From: an uncultured Helicobacteraceae bacterium
GTDB lineage: Bacteria > Campylobacterota > Campylobacteria > Campylobacterales > Helicobacteraceae
DNA length: 24,000 nucleotides
NCBI GenBank assembly: GCA_944323885.1
Contig: CALUUD010000002.1
Location: forward strand, 447,308-471,307
Direction: 5' to 3'
The position numbers and the translations under genes were made by a program. Shown piece by piece: positions 1 through 8,486 of the stretch (position 1 is its first letter; each line of letters begins with the position of its first letter). The notes under the pieces are model-generated. The model saw nothing but the letters and a program-made list of their open reading frames with translations. It was not told where the DNA came from and searched no databases.

Positions 1-1199
1 GATGTGTGCTTTTTAAAGGAATAAAATCAAAGCTAGATAATATTAATTTAAAAACAGATATGCAAGTTATAGTAACAGGAAACTTAAGTGTATATGAGAG
101 CAGAGGAGAGTATCAAATAATATGCTCAAATATAAAAGAAGATGGAATTGGAAATCTTGCAATACAATTTGAAAAATTAAAACAAAAATTAAAAGAAAAA
201 GGATATTTTGAATCTAAAATTAAAAAGAATATTCCAAAATTTCCAAAAAAAATTGCATTAATTACATCATCAAGTGGGGCAGCCCTAAAAGATATGAAAT
301 TTGTAGCAAATAAACGATGGAATCTTGTGAAATTTGTAATATTTGATACATTAGTACAAGGAAATGAAGCAAAATATATGATTGAGAGAAATATAAAAGC
401 TGCAGATTCTATGGGGTTTGATATCATTATTTTGGCAAGAGGTGGAGGCAGTATTGAAGATTTATGGGCATTTAATGAAGAGATAGTAATTGAGGCAATA
501 TACAAAGCAAAAACTCCTATAGTATCAGCTATAGGACATGAAATAGATACTCCATTAAGTGATTTTGCAAGTGATCTAAGAGCACCAACACCATCTGCTT
601 GTATGGAAATGATACTACCAGATAAAAATGAATGGCTAATAAAACTTAGTGACTTACTTGACAATATAAATACTATAGAATATAAAAATTTAATAAAACT
701 AGAAGAAATGCTTCAATCTATGCAATCAAAAATAAATTTTTTTAAAGTTAATTTTCAGAATCTAAAATATCAACTAAATAGTATCAAAAACAATATCAAT
801 TACACAATGAATGTATTTATAAATTCTAAAATAAATATTATAAATAATATAAAAAAAGATTTAAATATCAATTATAAAAATACATACCCATCAAAAATGC
901 AAAACATATATTTATTAAAACATACTCTAAATAATCTATTTTTAACCCTTTTATCAAGGAAATCAAATTATACACAAAAGGAACTAGATTATGAGTTTTA
1001 TATATTTCTTAAAAATAAATATCAAAAAATAGAAAATTTAAAGTTATTGCTAGAGGCAAAAAATCCAAAAAATCGATGTAAAGTGGGATATGCACAAATA
1101 ACTATTAATAATAAAATATTATCATTAAACGAAGTCAAAAGAGGTGATACAATCACACTAAGTGATGGTATCACATCAAAAGAAGCAAAGATTCTATAA
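1..1199 (+). CDS. xseA: Exodeoxyribonuclease VII large subunit, 5' end cut by the window edge
   Basis: The frame of ORF 6..1199 stays open to the window edge (..CVLFKG..). It shows the end of the OB-fold followed by XseA core motifs IALITSSSGAALKDM, ILARGGGSIEDLWAFNEE and PIVSAIGHEIDTPLSDFASDLRAPTPSA. The C-terminal half is long, N/K/I-rich and helical. Confidence 0.9.
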   Translation, partial: CVLFKGIKSKLDNINLKTDMQVIVTGNLSVYESRGEYQIICSNIKEDGIGNLAIQFEKLKQKLKEKGYFESKIKKNIPKFPKKIALITSSSGAALKDMKFVANKRWNLVKFVIFDTLVQGNEAKYMIERNIKAADSMGFDIIILARGGGSIEDLWAFNEEIVIEAIYKAKTPIVSAIGHEIDTPLSDFASDLRAPTPSACMEMILPDKNEWLIKLSDLLDNINTIEYKNLIKLEEMLQSMQSKINFFKVNFQNLKYQLNSIKNNINYTMNVFINSKINIINNIKKDLNINYKNTYPSKMQNIYLLKHTLNNLFLTLLSRKSNYTQKELDYEFYIFLKNKYQKIENLKLLLEAKNPKNRCKVGYAQITINNKILSLNEVKRGDTITLSDGITSKEAKIL

Positions 1200-2648
1200 C
1201 CATCTATATGCTACATACTCAACCCAAGGAATACAAACTATTAAAAAGACTAAAAGATAAATTATTCCAAAAATAAATCCCAACCTCCAAAAATCTCTAC
1301 CACTTACATAGCCTGAACCAAACCATACAGGTGAAGGTCCAGTACCATATGGAGTAATAATTCCCATAATACCAAGAGATAACATTAAAAATAATGTGAG
1401 ATGCCTAACATCTATGCCATTAATTGTTCCTGCAACAGCAATGAATAATGCAAGCAATGCTGTAACATGAGCTGTTGTGCTAGCAAAAAAGTAATGTAAT
1501 AAATAAAATAATATTATTAATCCTACCATAGCTTCCAATGGAGAAAAAGTACTTAGATATTTACCACCAATATCAGCTATAAAATTTAGAAATCCAACAT
1601 TTTTTAAACCACCAGCAAGTGTAATCAATGATCCAAACCAAGCTAAAACTCCCCAAGCTGCCTTATTGCTAAGCACATCATCCCAAGTAATAATATTTAA
1701 TAACACCATAGCAATCATAACACTTAATGCAACAGTAGTAGCATTAACATTAAAAAAATCACCAAATATCCAAAATACCAAAGCAAAGATAGCAAGTCCT
1801 ATCATATACCATTCTTTCAATGTCATAGGTCCTATACTTTTTAACTCATCATTTGCCCATTTTGATGCTTCTTTTGAACCTTTTAATGTTGGTGGATAAA
1901 ATATATATGTCAAATATGGCGTAGCAACAAATAAGATGATACCTGCGGGTAAAAATGCCATAAACCAACCAAACCAACTTATAGCTTCAACACCACTTTT
2001 TGTAGCAGTTTCCATAGCAAGAAGATTTGGTGCTAATCCTGTAAAAAACATAGAACTCGTAACACAAGTAGAGGCAAGAGATACCCATACTAAATAACCA
2101 CCAATTTTTCTTGGTTCCTTATCTGGATAACTACCAACCATAGGTGGAATAGAATTGACAATAGGATAGAGTATACCACCACTTCTTGCAGAATTTGATG
2201 GTATAAATGGAGCTAGGATTCCATCTGCAATAGCAATAGCATAGCCAAGACCAAGAGTGGTTTTGCCAAGTAGTTTAACAAGAATTAATGCTATTCTTTT
2301 ACCAAGCCCACTTCTTTGATAACCAAGACCAATCATGAATGCCGCAAATATAAGCCAAACGGTAGAATTTGCAAAACCAGCTAATCCCCAAGATACTGCT
2401 TCACTTGATTTTATTACTTTATCAATATCACCACTTCCTGATGGTCCAATTTTGAACCATATACAAATACCAACACCAATAAGACCCACTAATGCTGCAG
2501 GGATTGGTTCTAATATTAAACCGACCACAACGCCAATAAAAATACTAAAATAAAGCCAAGTATTTTGACTTAGTCCTTCTGGAGTAGGTAGTATAAAAAT
2601 TATTATAGTTACAAAAACTGGAAAAAATAACCTTATATACTTCATCAT
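1194..2648 (-). CDS. DASS family (divalent anion:Na+ symporter / CitT-TtdT-like) di/tricarboxylate or anion transporter
   Basis: 484 aa polytopic membrane protein. It carries the DASS signature SNSARSGGILYPI and a second hairpin-like motif GTGPSPV. An AAGGGAA RBS lies upstream of ATGATG. Its stop overlaps the xseA stop by 6 nt (convergent). Substrate cannot be assigned from sequence. Confidence 0.8.
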   Translation of the reverse strand: MMKYIRLFFPVFVTIIIFILPTPEGLSQNTWLYFSIFIGVVVGLILEPIPAALVGLIGVGICIWFKIGPSGSGDIDKVIKSSEAVSWGLAGFANSTVWLIFAAFMIGLGYQRSGLGKRIALILVKLLGKTTLGLGYAIAIADGILAPFIPSNSARSGGILYPIVNSIPPMVGSYPDKEPRKIGGYLVWVSLASTCVTSSMFFTGLAPNLLAMETATKSGVEAISWFGWFMAFLPAGIILFVATPYLTYIFYPPTLKGSKEASKWANDELKSIGPMTLKEWYMIGLAIFALVFWIFGDFFNVNATTVALSVMIAMVLLNIITWDDVLSNKAAWGVLAWFGSLITLAGGLKNVGFLNFIADIGGKYLSTFSPLEAMVGLIILFYLLHYFFASTTAHVTALLALFIAVAGTINGIDVRHLTLFLMLSLGIMGIITPYGTGPSPVWFGSGYVSGRDFWRLGFIFGIIYLLVFLIVCIPWVEYVAYRWL

Positions 2649-2777
2649 AAAATATTCCCTTATATTATAAAATTATAGAGTCTATTATATATCTAAATTT
2701 CATAAATAGATTTAAGTATACATCAAAATTTGGTATTATTTTAGTTTTATTTTGATACTTAGAGATTGTAATTTATT

Positions 2778-3536
2778 ATGTTTAAAAATATAAAAATTTA
2801 CTTAATTGTCTTAACTATTATTTTTTCAAGCGTAAATGCAAATAATACAAGAGAACTATTACAAAATGCAAAGGAATATAAACCACCTACATACTATGAA
2901 CCAAGCAGTAAAGGTGGTTATCTAGGAATAAGCATAGGATTAATTGGTATAAGCTCACTTGCTGCAGCAGGGTTGTTATATATAATGCCAGAAAGTGTAA
3001 CAAAATGGGATAGAGATGATATAAATGACATATTTAATAAATGGAAAACAAGAGTAAAACAAGGACCAATAGTAGATGGTGATGAACTATGGTTAAATTA
3101 TATAGCACATCCTTATTTTGGAGCACTTTATTATCTACAACCAAGAATGGCGGGGTTTGATTGGCATGTTTCTGCATTATTTTCATTTGTTGCTTCTAGT
3201 TTCTTTTGGGAATATGGTATTGAAGGATTCGCAGAGATTCCAAGTTGGCAAGATATAATAATAACACCTGCATTTGGCTCATTAATTGGTGAGGGATTTT
3301 ATCAACTAATAAGATATATACAAATGAATAATAATGAATTATTTGGATCATGGTGGCTTGGAAAAACTATCATTTGGATACTAGATCCACTTGGAAGCTT
3401 AATATATAGTACAGGACTTGGGGAAGCTTTTGGGGTATATAATATAAATGATAGTAGAAAACCGGAATTCATATCATCACCAATACTTCCAAATGGAAAA
3501 GGTGGATTTGGAATTAACTTATTAATTAGATTCTAA
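2778..3536 (+). CDS. Exported/membrane protein of unknown function, DUF3943-like
   Basis: Has an N-terminal signal peptide (..IIFSSVNA/NNT) and one hydrophobic segment (GYLGISIGLIGISSLAAAGLLYIM). The conserved block WLNYIAHPYFGALYY..WEYGIEGFAEIPSWQDIIITPAFGSLIGEGFYQ resembles, from memory, the DUF3943 family. No HMM search was possible. Confidence 0.6.
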   Translation: MFKNIKIYLIVLTIIFSSVNANNTRELLQNAKEYKPPTYYEPSSKGGYLGISIGLIGISSLAAAGLLYIMPESVTKWDRDDINDIFNKWKTRVKQGPIVDGDELWLNYIAHPYFGALYYLQPRMAGFDWHVSALFSFVASSFFWEYGIEGFAEIPSWQDIIITPAFGSLIGEGFYQLIRYIQMNNNELFGSWWLGKTIIWILDPLGSLIYSTGLGEAFGVYNINDSRKPEFISSPILPNGKGGFGINLLIRF

Positions 3537-3550
3537 ATTTTAAATCTTTT

Positions 3551-3567
3551 TGGAATAATTGTTGCTT
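3551..3567 (+). promoter_or_regulatory. sigma54 (RpoN) -24/-12 promoter for flgI
   Basis: TGGAATAATTGTTGCTT has GG at 3552-3553 and GC at 3564-3565 with canonical spacing. It matches the Campylobacter-type RpoN motif GGaa-N6-tTGCTt. It lies about 40 nt upstream of the flgI ATG. Flagellar basal-body and ring genes are RpoN-dependent in this phylum. Confidence 0.7.
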
Positions 3568-3572
3568 TTTAG

Positions 3573-3598
3573 CTTTAAATAAATTCTTTTATTTAAAG
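3573..3598 (+). promoter_or_regulatory. Perfect 11-bp stem / 4-nt loop hairpin overlapping the flgI Shine-Dalgarno (or a terminator of the upstream gene)
   Basis: CTTTAAATAAA-ttct-TTTATTTAAAG. Every position pairs (c3573:g3598 through a3583:t3588). The right arm runs into the AAAGGA RBS at 3595-3600. Confidence 0.4.
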
Positions 3599-3606
3599 GA
3601 TTGAAA

Positions 3607-4584
3607 ATGCAAATAAAATGGATTTTAATATTATTTACTATTTCAAATTTATCATATGGCGCAAAAATAAAAGATATAAGCAGTATTCTTGGAGTTAGAG
3701 AGAATGAACTCACGGGATATGGACTTGTAATTGGACTAAATGGGACAGGAGATAAAAGTAATTCAAAATTTACAATGCAGGCAATTTCAAATATGCTAGA
3801 GACAATGAATATAAAAGTATCTCCAAATGATATAAAATCAAAAAATGTAGCAGCAGTCATAGTGAGTGCAAAACTTCCACCATTTTCTAGAGCAGGCGAT
3901 AAAATAGACATATCTGTATCATCACTTGGTGATGCAAAATCACTAGCTGGAGGAACATTAGTTTTGACACCACTTAGTGCAATTGATGGAAATGTATATG
4001 CTATAGCACAAGGAAATATATCACTTAATTCAAATTCACTTACAGCTACAATTCCACAAGCAGGAACAATAGAACGAGAATTGGTATATGACATATACAA
4101 TAAGCCTAATGCTACATTAAGCCTAAAAGATGCAGATTTTAAAAATGCTACAAATATACAAAAGGCTATAAATAATTATTTTAATGAAAATTTAGCACTA
4201 GCAAAAGATCCAAGGACTATATCACTAAGAAAACCAAGCAATATGGGAATGGTAGAATTCTTAGGAATAGTAGGTGAAATTGATATTGACTACAAAAAAA
4301 ATAATAAAATTATTATAGATGAACAAAGTGGAACAATCATTACAGGTAGTGAAATAAGAATTGCTCCAATAACAATAAGTCATGGAGATATGACAATAAA
4401 GATAATAGATACCTTAAATACTCAAAATGAGGTAAAAAATAATCTGATAGTAGCAAATAAGCCAACTATATCATCGCTTGTTGGAGTATTGCAAAAAATA
4501 GGAACAAACTCTCAAAATATAATATCAATATTAAATGCTATAAAAAAATCTGGTGCAATAAATGTTGAAATTGAGAGTATATAA
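3607..4584 (+). CDS. flgI: Flagellar P-ring protein FlgI
   Basis: Signal peptide followed by FlgI motifs: IKDISSILGVRENELTGYGLVIGLNGTGD, AAVIVSAKLPPF, GDKIDISVSSLGDAKSLAGGTLVLTPL and C-terminal SGAINVEIESI. ATG 3607 lies 6 nt after GGA. In-frame TTG 3601 is the alternative start used in the ORF track. At 325-327 aa it is somewhat shorter than typical FlgI. Confidence 0.93.
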   Translation: MQIKWILILFTISNLSYGAKIKDISSILGVRENELTGYGLVIGLNGTGDKSNSKFTMQAISNMLETMNIKVSPNDIKSKNVAAVIVSAKLPPFSRAGDKIDISVSSLGDAKSLAGGTLVLTPLSAIDGNVYAIAQGNISLNSNSLTATIPQAGTIERELVYDIYNKPNATLSLKDADFKNATNIQKAINNYFNENLALAKDPRTISLRKPSNMGMVEFLGIVGEIDIDYKKNNKIIIDEQSGTIITGSEIRIAPITISHGDMTIKIIDTLNTQNEVKNNLIVANKPTISSLVGVLQKIGTNSQNIISILNAIKKSGAINVEIESI

Positions 4585-4586
4585 TT

Positions 4587-6818
4587 TTATATATAATTTT
4601 TATCAATATATACACCAATCTGACCAAGTGATATGCCTCCATCATTTGGAGTAAGTTTTGTATGCATATATAATTCTATATTGTGCTTTTGGGTAACTTC
4701 ATATAGTTTATTACATATAATTTCGTTCTGAAAAACCCCACCACTTATAAATACAGGATATTTATATTTCAATGCTATATTTATAATCATATTTATAATC
4801 ATATTTATAAATTTAGTCGCTATTATTTTTCTATCACTTTCTTTTATCACTTCCAAAATCATGGAATCTAAAATAATTTCATCATCAATTATCTCATAAT
4901 TATAAGAATCTACTATTTTATTGTCATATAATGCTTCTAAAAACATTCCACTTTCTCCCTCATAGCTTTGCTTTTCTAAACCACAAAAATAAGCTATACA
5001 ATCAAAGATTCTACCCATAGAAGAACTAAAAACACAATTCAAATTCTTTTTATATATTTGATAATATAAATCTACATCTTGTATTTTTAGATTTAAAATT
5101 TTATCTCCCAAGATTCCATAAAGAATTCCAAGTGCTATTTTTTTATTATCTTTCATAGAACTATTATCAATAATTAATGGAAAATATCTTATATGTGCAA
5201 CCCTAGATATTGCATGATTTGATTTTACAAAAAATTCTCCTCCCCACATATTTCCATCATCACCATAACCAACACCATCAAATATCACACCCAGAGCATT
5301 GCAAATATCTAATAAATCATTATCAAACAACACGCTATAAAAATGTGCTTTATGATGGTAAATATTTAATATTTCTGAATTAAATTTATTTTGCAATTCA
5401 ATTGCTATTTTGCTTGAATTATATTGAAGATGAGAATCCCTTAATATTACTTTTGGGATGATATTATAAATACCTAAAAATAAATTAATAACTTTTTTAT
5501 AATAAGATATAGAATCTACACTCTCTAAATCACAAATATATGGGGATATAATGATATTATCTTTATAAAAAATTGCAATTTGAGCTTTTTGATTAGCACC
5601 AAGTGCTAGGATAACATCATTGCTATAATAATTATTTAATTTTATACTAATTGGATAATATCCTCTTGATGGTCGAAGAAATAATGTTTTGTTATTTACC
5701 AAGTTGATAACCAAGCTATCATCAATAGGATTAATTATATCTCTATTATAATCCAACAAATAGTCAAAAATATTAGACACCTTTAAGTAGGCTTCATCTT
5801 TTGATGTAATTATTGGTTCTCTTGAAAGATTCGCAGATGTAAAAATTAGAGGTTCATCAATATCTTTAAATATCATTTTATGTAAGGCAGTATATGCAAT
5901 AATCACCCCAATTTTGCCTAAATTTGGTGCTAGATTATCTGGTAAATTTACATCATTTTTAGGAAGTAAAACTATTGGGGCGTATTTTGATTCCAATAAG
6001 TCTTTATTGTAATTATCTATATTAAAATATTCTGAAGCTTTTGAAACATCACCAAACATAATTGCAAATGGCTTAGTTGGACGATTTTTTAACAATCTTA
6101 GTTTATTTATAGTGTCAAATTCTACTTTACATATAAAGTTAAATCCACCCATACCCTTTATAGTAAGTATTTTTCCATCTTTTAATAATGAAATTACTAC
6201 ATCTATTGCATTATTATCATTTGCAATTTTATTATTATCTCTATCAAATAATGACAACTCTATAGCGCAATTAGGGCAAGAATTTGGTTGAGCATGAAAT
6301 CTTCTATCACTAATACAATTATATTCTTCATTACACTTAGAACACATTTTAAAATCACTCATTGATGTATTTTCTCTATCATAAGGCAATGACTTTATAA
6401 TACTATACCTTGGTCCACAATGTATGCAATTTATAAAAGCATAGTTGAATCTTCTATCATCCTTATTATTTAATTCATCAAGACAAAATTTACAAATGCC
6501 AAAATCTTGAGGTATGGAAGAATGGATTAAATTTGTTTTATTTTTAGAACTTTCCTGTATAGTAAAACCATCATAAATAAAAGATTCTATTTTTTCTATT
6601 GATATATCACTTATAAAAGCATTTTGTGGTTTATAGAAATTTAATTCAAATAAAAATTTATCTATATCAACTTTATCTGATTGAATGATTATAAAAACAC
6701 TACTGCCATCATTTTTTACAAATCCATTGTAATTAAACTTATTTGCTAAATTATAAACAAATGGCCTAAAGCCAACACCCTGAACACAACCAAAAACACA
6801 TACTTTATATGTTATCAA
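4587..6818 (-). CDS. hypF: [NiFe]-hydrogenase maturation carbamoyltransferase HypF
   Basis: N-terminal acylphosphatase domain (VFGCVQGVGFRPFVYNLA). Two zinc-finger pairs (CKFCLDEL..CIHCGPRYSII and CSKCNEEY..CPNCAIEL). A YrdC-like region and a Kae1-like C-terminal domain follow. TTG start with AAGG upstream. Confidence 0.93.
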   Translation of the reverse strand: MITYKVCVFGCVQGVGFRPFVYNLANKFNYNGFVKNDGSSVFIIIQSDKVDIDKFLFELNFYKPQNAFISDISIEKIESFIYDGFTIQESSKNKTNLIHSSIPQDFGICKFCLDELNNKDDRRFNYAFINCIHCGPRYSIIKSLPYDRENTSMSDFKMCSKCNEEYNCISDRRFHAQPNSCPNCAIELSLFDRDNNKIANDNNAIDVVISLLKDGKILTIKGMGGFNFICKVEFDTINKLRLLKNRPTKPFAIMFGDVSKASEYFNIDNYNKDLLESKYAPIVLLPKNDVNLPDNLAPNLGKIGVIIAYTALHKMIFKDIDEPLIFTSANLSREPIITSKDEAYLKVSNIFDYLLDYNRDIINPIDDSLVINLVNNKTLFLRPSRGYYPISIKLNNYYSNDVILALGANQKAQIAIFYKDNIIISPYICDLESVDSISYYKKVINLFLGIYNIIPKVILRDSHLQYNSSKIAIELQNKFNSEILNIYHHKAHFYSVLFDNDLLDICNALGVIFDGVGYGDDGNMWGGEFFVKSNHAISRVAHIRYFPLIIDNSSMKDNKKIALGILYGILGDKILNLKIQDVDLYYQIYKKNLNCVFSSSMGRIFDCIAYFCGLEKQSYEGESGMFLEALYDNKIVDSYNYEIIDDEIILDSMILEVIKESDRKIIATKFINMIINMIINIALKYKYPVFISGGVFQNEIICNKLYEVTQKHNIELYMHTKLTPNDGGISLGQIGVYIDKNYI
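4777..4810. repeat. In-frame 12-bp tandem repeat (about 2.8 copies) inside hypF
   Basis: ATATTTATAATC occurs at 4777-4788 and 4789-4800, then 10 of 12 nt again at 4801-4810. On the minus strand it encodes ..FINMIINMIINIAL.. Confidence 0.8.
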
Positions 6819-7023
6819 TTTAAAAACCTTATAGTTTAATATTAATTTTGAAAGATGCTTTAAAAATAATCTTTTATTTTATTAATTAAAAAACTTTTTA
6901 TAAAAACTAATTTTAAATTTAATTAAAAAAATAAATAATTAGAATATATTATTATAATTACAATAACATACACACAAACACTATTACAAAAAATAATAAA
7001 ATTATTATAATTCTGGAGCTATA

Positions 7024-7413
7024 ATGAATATACGCATCTACTACGAAGATACAGATTGTGGCGGGATTGTATATCATACAAATTATATTAAATACTGCGA
7101 AAGAGCAAGAAGTGAATTATTCTTTAAACATGGAGTAATGCCAAATACAGATAGAGTAGGGCTTGTTGTAAGGCATATAGAATGTGATTTTTTAGATTCT
7201 GCTAGACTTGGTGATTTACTTGTAGTAGATTCTAAAATTATAAAGCTTGGTAAAACTAGTATAATTTTACAACAAAATATAGAATGTAAAAATAAAATTA
7301 TATTTAATGCAAGAATAAAATTGGCATGTATTGATATTAAAAATAAAAAGATACAAAAAATACCAGATGAGATTTTAAAAGTTTTAATAAAGGTGATGAA
7401 AAATGAAAAATGA
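7024..7413 (+). CDS. ybgC: YbgC-type (4-hydroxybenzoyl-CoA thioesterase fold) acyl-CoA thioesterase
   Basis: 129 aa. The N-terminal hotdog-fold signature IRIYYEDTDCGGIVYHTNYIKYCERARSELF includes the catalytic Asp. GGAG RBS lies 5 nt before the ATG. Confidence 0.88.
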   Translation: MNIRIYYEDTDCGGIVYHTNYIKYCERARSELFFKHGVMPNTDRVGLVVRHIECDFLDSARLGDLLVVDSKIIKLGKTSIILQQNIECKNKIIFNARIKLACIDIKNKKIQKIPDEILKVLIKVMKNEK

Positions 7414-7416
7414 AAA
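7396..7416 (+). repeat. Three tandem copies of the heptamer ATGAAAA spanning the ybgC stop and the next gene's start
   Basis: ATGAAAA occurs at 7396-7402, 7403-7409 and 7410-7416. The three ATGs fall in three different frames. The ybgC TGA (7411-7413) lies in copy 3. The downstream ORF starts at the ATG of copy 2. Confidence 0.9.
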
Positions 7417-7666
7417 AGATGACAATGAGATTATCCAATATCCTAGAATATGGGAATATTTAATCATTACAAGCAATAAAGATGAATTACAATCAAATAT
7501 AAAAGAAAAATTTGGAACACTTGAATATAAATTTGAATTTTCAAAAAATAGCAAGGGTGGAAAATATACAAGCTATAATTTCAGTATATATGTAGTCAAC
7601 CAAAAACAAAGAGATGAAATTTTTAAAATATTGACAAATATAAAAGATGTAAAAGCAGTTATTTAA
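7403..7666 (+). CDS. Small DUF493 / YbeD-like protein (H. pylori HP0495-like)
   Basis: 87 aa. Overlaps ybgC by 11 nt. The pattern YPRIWEYLIITSN...YTSYNFSIYVVNQKQRDEIFKILTNIKDVKAV fits the split beta-alpha-beta DUF493 pattern. From memory, H. pylori pairs ybgC (HP0496) with the 86-aa HP0495 in the same way. Confidence 0.65.
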   Translation: MKNEKDDNEIIQYPRIWEYLIITSNKDELQSNIKEKFGTLEYKFEFSKNSKGGKYTSYNFSIYVVNQKQRDEIFKILTNIKDVKAVI

Positions 7667-7669
7667 CTT

Positions 7670-7697
7670 TATATTATTTTAAAATTAAAATAATATA
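7670..7697 (+). terminator. AT-only perfect inverted repeat just after the DUF493 gene stop; possible weak terminator
   Basis: TATATTATTTTAA-aa-TTAAAATAATATA has 13-nt arms, and the inner pairs must open to form a loop. It starts 4 nt after the stop codon. There is no G:C pair and no clean U-tract. A TATAAT at 7694-7699 could instead be the -10 box for tRNA-Leu. Confidence 0.25.
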
Positions 7698-7731
7698 ATT
7701 TCCTCCTCAATATTTCAAATTATTTACAAAT

Positions 7732-7816
<85 letters not shown>

Positions 7817-7907
7817 CTTGTTCAATACTTCAATAGATAAAAATTATACTAATAAATAAACTTAAGCTACAATACAATTTTTACAAGATTTTAATTAGGA
7901 AATTTTA

Positions 7908-8486
7908 ATGGATATATCAAATCAAGCTAATTTACCAACAAAATTTGGTAATTTTATAGTCCAATCTTTTAGAGAAAAAAACATTAAAGATGTATATATA
8001 GAGCACTTAGTCTTAAGAAGTAAAGAATTAGGCAAAACTCCACTTGTTAGAGTGCATTCTGAATGTATGACAGGTGATGTTTTTAGCAGCAGGAAATGTG
8101 ATTGTGGTGATGAATTAGAAATCGCAATGAAAAGAATTGCAAAAGAAAATGGAATGATTATATATCTACGCCAAGAAGGAAGAGGTATTGGGCTATTTAA
8201 TAAAATAAATGCCTATAATTTACAAGATAGCGGGTATGATACAGTTGAAGCTAATAATAAACTAGGATTTCACGCTGATTTGAGAGATTATAGTATAGTA
8301 GAAAAAATTTTTGATTACTACGGTATTAAAAGCATAAGACTTTTAACAAATAATCCAAAAAAAATAGATGAGATATCAAAATTTGTAAGTGTAGAGAGAG
8401 ATAGCATTATTGCAACTCCAAATAAATATAATAAAGAATATTTAAAAATAAAACAAGAAAAAATGGGACATTTACTAGAATCTTAA
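7908..8486 (+). CDS. ribA: GTP cyclohydrolase II (monofunctional RibA)
   Basis: 192 aa. Has the zinc/catalytic motif VRVHSECMTGDVFSSRKCDCGDEL, then YLRQEGRGIGLFNKINAYNLQDSGYDTVEAN. AGGAA RBS. Confidence 0.93.
   Translation: MDISNQANLPTKFGNFIVQSFREKNIKDVYIEHLVLRSKELGKTPLVRVHSECMTGDVFSSRKCDCGDELEIAMKRIAKENGMIIYLRQEGRGIGLFNKINAYNLQDSGYDTVEANNKLGFHADLRDYSIVEKIFDYYGIKSIRLLTNNPKKIDEISKFVSVERDSIIATPNKYNKEYLKIKQEKMGHLLES

Noticed and set aside
113-664. Long antisense ORFs embedded opposite well-supported genes: 113..664(-) in xseA, 3540..4100(-) in flgI, 8782..9051(+) in the ATPase, 17317..17718(-) in nadB, 20335..20604(+) in ybgF and 21269..21634(+) in pal, plus shorter ones.
   Set aside because: Each lies wholly inside a gene with clear family motifs on the other strand. 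Their translations are low-complexity with no recognisable domain and no RBS. They are typical shadow ORFs.
3601-3606. The track's start codons TTG 3601 for flgI and GTG 12121 for the nuclease-like gene.
   Set aside because: In both cases an in-frame ATG two codons downstream (3607 and 12115) has better spacing, 5-6 nt, from a GGA/GGAG Shine-Dalgarno. The upstream codons directly abut the SD. The choice is not certain without N-terminal data.
4572-4600. An AT-only inverted repeat (TATATAA-tt-TTATATA) at the 2-nt gap between convergent flgI and hypF.
   Set aside because: The arms are 7 bp and made only of A/T in a TATA-rich context, so the repeat is expected by chance. It is far weaker than the ribA/ATPase hairpin.
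6819-7023. The largest intergenic region (hypF / ybgC divergent). I looked for small ORFs, NikR-type operators (TATWATT-N11-AATWATA) and structured RNA. I noted a duplicated ATTATTATAATT 12-mer and a CA-rich tract (ACATACACACAAACAC).
   Set aside because: No ORF is longer than a few codons. The half-sites I could align to the NikR consensus lack a matching partner at N11. The 12-mers are simply TATAAT-containing AT-rich promoter-like sequence. Nothing can be separated from low complexity by eye.
7817-7907. A possible FMN riboswitch upstream of ribA.
   Set aside because: Only 91 nt are available between the tRNA and the start codon. The stretch is almost pure A/T and lacks the conserved G-rich FMN-element cores. 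It is more likely a plain promoter plus an AGGAA RBS.
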